From Lepidodermella squamata (taxonomy: Eukaryota > Animalia > Gastrotricha): DNA of 64,000 nt. Under the pieces are notes generated by a model. It was given only the letters and a program-made list of their open reading frames with translations, had not been told where the DNA came from and made no database searches. This document shows positions 55,829 through 64,000 of this stretch, piece after piece. Each line of letters opens with the position of its first letter. Positions within the stretch are counted from its first letter, which is position 1. Position numbers and translations under genes: made by a program. The DNA lies in the NCBI GenBank assembly GCA_047495785.1, contig JBLDXI010000021.1, positions 248,001-312,000 on the forward strand, read 5' to 3'.

Positions 55829-58810
55829 TTAAGCACTGCTGCCCTCTTCATCATTGTCGTCATTGCGGGGCTGAGGGCGGTTTGAAGCCGGACCCATCAG
55901 AGCGCCGCCCCCAATAAGACCATTGGCAGTCTGGAGCAGATTGATCGGCGTCGTTCCGTCCGTAATCAGGGCAGTGTGGAGGCCAAGGGCCTTCAACATA
56001 CGGACCTGGTGGTCAGGACCGGCAGAGGCCATGGCGCGGATGGTATCGGCGCCCAGGGCAGTGACCATGTGCGAGAATTTCTCGACTTCAATATCCGCCA
56101 TCTTCTTCTTCTTTCCGATTTCCAACTCGGCAACTTCACGCTGGTAGGACAGTTCCCGGTCACGGGCGTCGGTAAGACGTTGCAGCTCAGCCTCGGCTTC
56201 AATGCGGGTCGCCTCAGCTCGCAATTTAGCCTGCTCAACCGCGGCTTCGGCCTCAATTCGGCTCGCCTCGGTCTTGCTGCGAGCCTCAGCCTTAGCCTGA
56301 CCAGCAGCTTCAACGCTCGCGCTCTCGGCCTGCAGTTCCAAGAGTTGACGGCGCGACTTCTCAGCCTCAGCCTCATCGGCGAGCTTCTGGCGCTCGAGGC
56401 GGCCACGCGCCTCCTGCTCGCGGCGTTCAGCCTCGTGCTTCGCCGTTGCCTCTTGGCTCGAGGTCGTGATTTCAATCGCCAGTTGGACGGATTTCATCAA
56501 CGAATCGCGAGTGCGTTGGTCGACCGGTTGAACCTCTTGAATATCAACGGAGCTGATGACAAGCAGGTTAGCCGGGAAAACCAGCTGGTCGCGGATTTTA
56601 CCAGACGTGGCGTCGATTCCGAAAACAGAGGCACGGATCAACTTCGCCGAATTTCGGTGGAAATCGTCGAAAGTAACGCCGGCAACTGCACCGCGAATTC
56701 GGCTGGCAATCGCCTTGGTCGCATCTCCGACGAAATCGGGGACGGAGAACAGCTTAGCGGCAACAGAGTCATCAACGCCGCCCTCAGCGTTACGAGTGAC
56801 ATCGAAATGCCAGTTGTAGGAAAGTTTCAACTCCAATTGCGCATGATCGGCAGTTTCAACTCGAATGCGGTCGGTCATGAAGTCAGGGCCGAGAAGCAGG
56901 GCAAGAGCTCGGATCTTGTTGGTCGTCTTCGGAGTGCCGCCCGAGAGAGCCAGTTGCGTGAATTGTTCATCGGGTTCGAGCATAACGAGATCAGGGCCGA
57001 AAACAACGCGCGCCTTTTTGCGCTTGTAATCGTAGATTTGAACAGCAGCATTGTGAGGAACACGGAAAGCGACAACGCGGGTCTTGTCGCGGGACTTAGG
57101 AGCGGTATCGCGGTATTGGCCACGTTCAGCTCGGTCAGCCAACGGGTCCTTATCACCCCGCAAAAGATCTTCGATTCCAGGCGACAGTTCCTTGAGAAAA
57201 AATTGAGAAAATATATAATTCCTCCTTAATAAATTTGACGGAGGCGAAAAAATGATTTTCGCTCTATATCAAAGATTATTTTCCATTCCAGAAATCAATT
57301 TTCCTTAAAAATATGGCAATTCATATTTACCTTCTCCCATAGTTCTTCCTCATCCGTGATCATGTAGGCAGTTGGCCCCAAAATCGAACGAATGCGTCCG
57401 CTCTTGATGTTGCGAACGTAGATACCTTCGTTTTCATCCAGAGGAATGGCCGATCGCTTGCAAACAACTTCGACTTCGACCGGAGGAACGTATTCCTTCG
57501 GACCGCGAATCAGCCAACGATCACCAGGCTGGCGGGCAGTTTTCAAGTCAGAATCCTGGAACGGCTCGCCGGCACGAACTAGCAAACCTTCGAATTCCGC
57601 GAGAACATACACGTCCTGAATGCCGCGTTCGAGACGCTCACCAGGCAGGAGGAAAAATGACTTCTCCCCCTTGACTAGACGCTTACGACCCAGGAGATTA
57701 GTGTTAGTCGTCTCATCATAAGGGTCCAAAATGACGCAATATTGGCGATTCGTCAGTGTGATCTTAGGAACAATGCCAACGACTTCTTCGTAGACATTTG
57801 GAATGTGAGCCTCGGTCATGCTCAGCGTGATCAGCCATTCTTCACCAGTCTTGCGTTCAATGTTAAAATCGTCTTTGAAGCTTTTCAACGCGCGGACATG
57901 GAGCGCATTCTTCTCAGTCAAAGTGACAGCGTTAACAACCGAGACGACTTCCTCGTACGCACCCGGCAGGTACGAACCAGTTTGCTTAACGATCCATTCC
58001 TCGCCGGCAACTCGGTTCACTTTGCTTCGATCGTTGCATTCGCGGCGGGCGCGTAGGCGAAGGGCTTGGTTAGGCTTGATCACAACGCTGCACACTGTTT
58101 CATCGACCGCAACCTCCTTGCGGGGAATGTAGGTGCCTGTGGAAGTGGGCAAATAAATGCGAATGAAAACAACTGTCTGATAAATAATTCACACATGGTA
58201 GCCACAAAATCGATTATTAACTACATGCAAATGTGCAAGACTCAAATTTATCGATCTCGTCATGTCATCAAAAATATAAAAATTTACCCGGTCCTTCAAA
58301 CAGCCACTCCTCGCCGGCCTGCTTGAACTCGCCCTTTTTAAGCTCAAAATCAACAAGAGCACGGAGACGCAAAGCGCTATTTGCAGGCACTGTCCGTAGG
58401 GGAGCGACAGTCTGCTTCAAAACTTCGCCAGGGTAGAGAGGGAAAGGCTCTTGAGAGAGGCGAATTTCTTGATCTCCGTGAAGCAACTTCACTTGCCCGT
58501 GAGAATCCAAAGCGACATTGCCATCAGCATCTTTTACTGCCGGATTTTCAATTATGCAGTAATGGTTCGGAGCAACCGTGATCATACGATCAGGACCAAA
58601 CACGACACTGAAAAAATTATAAACCATTAAATATATGAATTAACATTCCAATATATCAACGTACCGCTCATGTTCGTTCCTGATGAAGGTTTTCGGACCA
58701 ACTTCGACACGAGTGACATTGGTGTTTTGATCAAGAACGTGGATGAAATAATAGGGTGGAATTCGGAAAATAGAGTTATCCTGAGCGCTACCGCCACCTC
58801 GTTGAGCCAT
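55829..58810 (-). CDS. MVP: Major vault protein, 877 aa
   Basis: Exons 58810-58665, 58607-58288, 58136-57331, 57190-55829 total 2634 nt in frame. [24 protein letters not shown], vault repeats, [43 protein letters not shown]. Confidence 0.97.
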
Positions 58811-61132
58811 TTTTGTGTAATTAACTCGATAAACTTCTACTCCAGAAAAATTGTTGTAGGAAGTATGAATGAAGTAGGCCGATCTAAAAAACTGGAACAG
58901 TACTGATTCTGCCAAAAGTGCTACAGGTACATATCATTTCCTGATTCTGCATCATCAGATTATCTGAGTTATAGAAAATTTGTCCATGAATACCTGAGAT
59001 GGTGAGAATTCTGGATCATTACAGGATTTCAATTAACTAAAACAGTGGCATTCTAAACCTGGTTTTATTTACTAGTCAACAAGCTAAAACAGTGAAAGCC
59101 TAAATTGCATTAAGCTCCGCCCTTTTATACAACATAATAATTATGTTTATTCTTCAAGGAATTGAGATATGAAATTGAACGCTTGAAAGCTATAATAAAT
59201 TTCAAAGCATTGCTGATATTTGAACGACTCTCCAATGATCACTATTTAAATTATCAGTCGAAAGAGTCGCATTGGTTCCGATTAGTCTAACGGCATAATT
59301 ACTCCTAAAGTATTCAATATCGATGGCTCAAGCACAACCATCAAGCCATTACGAAGTGAACAAAGCATCCGAAATATAAAAACAGAAAAATAAAAAATGT
59401 AATTAATTGGACATTAAAAGTCTTAGTGCAATATCAAACAACCTGTGTCACTTACTGCGCTTTCCGCCCGCACTGAATTCTTCTAGTAAATTAACCAAAC
59501 AAATACTAACTCATATATTCTGTGAAGCAGATTTATATGCCCCTGCGAGCTCAAAATGAAGAAAATCCAGGCTGGAGTTTAAGGTAATGTGATGGAGCAA
59601 CGAAAGATCAGTAGGTAATTGAAAAGCTGAACAATGGAGTGAGGGAATTGAGAATAAGTACGCTAAATACGATAAGCGAGATCAGAAGAACGGTACTTGA
59701 AAAAACTCAACACTATCCAAGGCCTTGAATTTTCCTGCAATATATAGGGATATCAGAGCCATGACGAAATCTTGCGCGAATGCATGTGCATGATGCAACC
59801 CGTTGTATGCAACTAAGGACTGATAAGGTTAGGGCGAACCACGCAATTCCTAACTTTAACACCGGAAAGCGTCAAAAAGCAGCTAAAAACCCAGCAGAAA
59901 AAATCATCAGCTGATTCATTATCAGTTTTATCAACAAATAAAAAATGATGCAAAGGTCATTCTAATTAGGCATAAAACATTTTTATCATGTCATAAACAT
60001 AAAACTCACAATATTTGAGTAATTTTTGGACAAGTTCGAAGTTCGATTTTTGGGGTGCGGTCGAAGGCCTGATGATAGCATTCGATAACCGATAGCGTTC
60101 AAAGTAGGTGTTGCCGATTCTTGATACCGCTCTCCATGTCATACGCCAGATGGAACGCCAGCAATGGAACGCCGCAAAATCAATCTGCAATGGGTAACGG
60201 AAAGAAAAGCATGCGCTGGTTGCCTCATCGACTGAAGGCGGACGATTCCTCTGACGAGTGTTTCGAATCGAGCGATTGATATCGGGCCTCGGGCCAAATC
60301 CAATTTTTCCAGATTCATGCGTTAACGTCTAACTTGTACAATTTTACAAGCTTGACGGGTGGGCTAGTGAGGTTTGAGGTTCATGCTAGAAAGGCGGATG
60401 CCGTGCATGTTAGTGTAAGTATTCACGCATTCTCCCATGCAACTTCGCTCCTGACCACTACCAAATGAATGCCACTACTCTCCGCTGTGGAATTCGATGG
60501 AAGTTTGACCATAGGCAATGAGGGATGGTAACATATCGGAATGCGCATCTGCCTAAAATTCCACGATTATTGGTATTGGAGCAACTCGGTGTGCTTATCG
60601 GTGAGCGGTGAGCGGTCTTTCTAACTCTGCAAATATTCGGCCCAGCGCTGCGTCATGTAAGCAATTTTAGGCTCATTAATCCGTTACCTACATGTAATCA
60701 TGGTCTCGGCTGTCATGTACAGCGTACCGCAAATGTACTTCGTTTGCAGCTTTGTTAGGAGGTTGATTTTTCACGAAATAATGCTGCTTGTTATTAATAA
60801 GTGGGGAATCGAAGTTTTATCAGTCTAAACGCCAGTTCCTTGTCACTTATTTTAGCATCCTATTGTTCACGTCTGTTTCCGAGTTTTCGATCTGAACCAG
60901 ACTCCTTATAGCTGTTTCTTCGGAAGTTAAGTCTATTGTTTTTTACTGTTAATCCACTCGCACGCTACTCGCTCCCACTCACTGCATTATTCTTGTAATG
61001 CCATGTCTTAGGTTGTAGAGTTCCAATACTCTTTTGCTGATTTTGGCGTGAGGCTAAACTATCACGGTGACAAGGCATATCAACTGCATATATTATTTTA
61101 TTCAATCTTGTCTTTAATTAGCTCATTTACTA

Positions 61133-62885
61133 ATGATGGAAAGCGATGTTGAAATCGCCCAAACGAATGCAACTACAACCGTTATTTCAGGTCAGACGGT
61201 ATCGGGGTCAGACTCTGTACACAAGGAACCTCGAACGCCTTCAGTGACACCTCCGGGATCTCCAGTTCGCCGAACGGCGACTCCAAACGGCCCTAGCTGC
61301 CCTGTCTGCTTAGGCCCCATCGACAACGTTTCTTTCACAGATACATGTGCTCACGAGTTTTGTTTTGCTTGCCTCGTACAATGGACGCGTGTGAAGCCTG
61401 AATGTCCATTATGCAAACGAAAGTTTCAAGTGATCATGTAAGAACTCCCAGAAAAACAGCGTAGTTAATGATTTACGAGTACTGATTTCATCTAGGTATG
61501 ACAACAAATCGGCAATTCAATTTTCAAAACTCCATGTGAATGAAATTCAACCGGAGCGGCCACCTGAGCCTGCTGTGCTATCAGATCTCCGCCTCTTCCG
61601 TTTTCCGTCTACACTTGCCTCTTCTTCTGATTTCATGCGGCGGAACCAGAGCCGTGAAGTTGCTGCTATTCGTCGGCGTCTGCAGCAAATGGTTGATGAA
61701 TGGCGTCAGCGATCTCTCGAGCATATGCGCTTGCGGCTATATAGAAACCGTCTCAAGACCGTGGTTCCATCGAATGGTCGTATCCGCGAAGCTACGCCAA
61801 ATTTTTTTAGACGTTATCCGGCTTCAATTCATCGTTTATTACCCTTCATTAATCGGGAGTTGCGGGTGCTATTCGAAAGTGACAACCGCGAGAAGGCACG
61901 ACTGCTCAATTTGATTAATAGCCTGCTTCCAAGATATCCAATCACCTCAGAAGAGTTCATCGGTGCTGTTCGACCTTTCCTCGGCTCTCGGGCTTCTCGC
62001 TTTTGCAATGAATTGATGACCTTCGCTAAATGCCCATATGATTTGGCTGGCTATGACCGTAATGCGATTTACGAAGCGGATGCGCCGCCGATTGATGTTG
62101 ATGCCGAGCCAGAAGTGGAACCAGCTCATTTAGTCGACTTACTCGGCTCACCTGAATTCAATCCAAACCAAGGTGTTCGCTCGTCTTTCGCTGAAATTCC
62201 AACATCATCGTCATCGATATCTGTTCCCCCAGCTCCCCGACTTCCGCTTCCATCATCGACCGAAGCTTATACCATCGAAATAAGCAGTGATTCAAGCAGT
62301 GAATCCGAGTCTGAAGATTCATGGGTCGATGTTGATACAATCCAACGCGCTGGCGTTGTCTCTCAACAACCATCCGTCACCATAGTCCCTTCTGAAACCA
62401 GCCGCAACTCGATGGGAAACGATGACGACGAAACGTTGTCTTCAGCAGGTTCGGATTGTTTAATTGTTGGCTTTGATAAACCGTGGGAGCAACGAACACC
62501 GGTTCATTTAACGTCTGAATCAGATGACGAGAGAGCTCAAGCTAGCGGACTCGTTTCAGAAGTCCGTGAATCAGAAAACGTCGTTGATATGCGGAAGAGG
62601 CAGAGGGAGACTGAGGCAATTTCTTGTTCGAGCGATGAAGACCAATCGCCATCTCCATCTGCTTTAGCTGCTCGGGGTAAAAGGTGGTCACCTCGAGCGT
62701 TGTTAGCCGCAGCTTCCGGCGCATCTCGCTCTTCTTTCTTTCCCCCTCTTTTGACTGCCGATATGCAAAGCGACCCGGATGGCAGTTCGTCGTCCATGCG
62801 TGACGCTTCTACCGATTCGGGAAATGAAGATAGAGGTCAGGTTAAAACAAATAGCCATCGACGGAAAAGTCAAAGGCTCGCCTGA
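61133..62885 (+). CDS. TOPORS: E3 ubiquitin/SUMO ligase Topors, ~564 aa
   Basis: Exons 61133-61437 and 61496-62885. RING CPVCL...CAHEFCFACLVQWTRVKPECPLCK; FFRRYPASIHRLLPFINREL; SIM-like YTIEISSDS and DCLIVGFDKPWEQRTP. Confidence 0.9.
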
Positions 62886-63083
62886 GATCTTGGTCCTTTT
62901 TTATGATATAAATCGACAAGCAAATAAGAGATAAGTATTGTAAAAAGAAAAAAAGATACGCGACTCTTTCTCACTTCTCATAAAATTTGAATAAATTGCC
63001 TTATTAAACTGGTTTGGCACCCTCTTGTTTTATAGGTTTTTAATAACCAAAGCTTCAATCTGTCGCCGAATACGGAGGACGAA

Positions 63084-64000
63084 ATGAGTAGCTCAGAAGA
63101 AGTTTCATGGATATCGTGGTTTTGCGGGCTTCGCGGCAACGAATTTTTCTGCGAAGTCGACGAAGATTACATTCAGGACAAGTTCAACCTTACGGGGCTG
63201 AACGAACAAGTGCCTCATTACCGCCAGGCGCTGGACATGATTCTCGACCTCGAACCTGAGGACGATTACGAGGACAACCCGGCTCAGTCTGACCTGATTG
63301 AGCAAGCTGCTGAGATGCTGTACGGGCTCATTCACGCGCGTTACATCGTGACGAACCGAGGAATCGCTCAAATGGTGGAGAAATGGACGAATGGCGACTT
63401 CGGTTTTTGCCCTCGTGTCTACTGTGAAAATCAGCAGGTGCTTCCAATCGGATTGTCTGACGTACCTGGTGAAATGATGGTTGGTTTTATTTCTCATAAT
63501 TCGCCTAATATTTTTCGAATTTTTCAAAATCACTGAAATACCAAAAACTGAGAGAGCTGATTTTCTCGTTTTTATTCCGGAATTTTTTTGTCTATTTAGG
63601 TGAAGCTGTATTGCCCTCGGTGCATGGACATTTTCAACCCGAAATCGAGCCGGCACCAGCACATCGACGGCGCGTATTTCGGGACGGGATTCCCTCATAT
63701 GCTCTTTTTCGTCCACCCGGAGTACCGCCCGAAACGCCCCACTCAACAATTCGTGCCTCGCCTCTACGGCTTCAAGATCCACCCGGTGGCCTACCAGTTG
63801 CAGTACCAGGCCGCTGCCAACTTCAAATTCCCAGTCAGAGCGTTGTACCCCGCCGGGGCGAGCGGTAACGCGGGTACCTCGGTAGCCGGTGGCAACGGCG
63901 GCCCAGCAGCCAGTGCTTCGACAGGAGCCGGAGCAGCGGCAGCGGGCCCAGTCGACCCTATCGCAGCGACCCGTCGAATGGTAGACGGCGCGGGGGCACC
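63084..64000 (+). CDS. CSNK2B: Casein kinase II beta subunit (frame still open at window end)
   Basis: Exons 63084-63479 and 63600->64000. [39 protein letters not shown]; CPRVYC...VKLYCPRC zinc ribbon; [13 protein letters not shown]; [12 protein letters not shown]. Confidence 0.98.

Noticed and set aside
55976-57229. 417-aa plus-strand ORF
   Set aside because: Antisense shadow of the GC-rich MVP last exon; no recognisable motifs.
58920-61100. Vault RNA or tRNA upstream of MVP (A-box-like tagtctaacgg near 59283)
   Set aside because: No B box, closing stem or poly-T terminator in the right arrangement.

Overview
Compact, gene-dense animal (invertebrate-type) nuclear DNA with many 47-60 nt GT-AG introns; the ORF track mostly shows single exons and antisense shadows. 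I can assemble 14 spliced genes. On the minus strand: an EGF+FN3 secreted/receptor protein (runs off the left edge), TTI1, FNTA, DHX15/Prp43, V-ATPase subunit G, stomatin, Lhx2/9 (apterous) and major vault protein. On the plus strand: CCDC105/TEKTL1, MORN5, dynamin, PRRC2, TOPORS and CK2 beta (runs off the right edge). The 24-33 kb gap holds a decayed LINE RT, a degenerate ~460-bp duplication flanking a 28S rRNA fragment, and a 2.7-kb TIR-bounded DNA element. Most notable: (1) eight near-consecutive genes belong to families that map to the vertebrate MHC paralogon, suggesting a very compact proto-MHC block; (2) operon-like spacing (139-198 nt) plus a splice acceptor just before most start codons, suggesting SL trans-splicing; (3) a structured DHX15 intron with a candidate stop-introducing upstream acceptor; (4) apparent ~10-bp periodic A/T clusters in introns; (5) a cluster of K50-homeodomain sites in the Lhx2/9 intron; (6) serial AA|GTAA exon ends giving alternative dynamin C-termini. 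Gene identities come from recalled family motifs and exon boundaries were read by eye; no searches were run.
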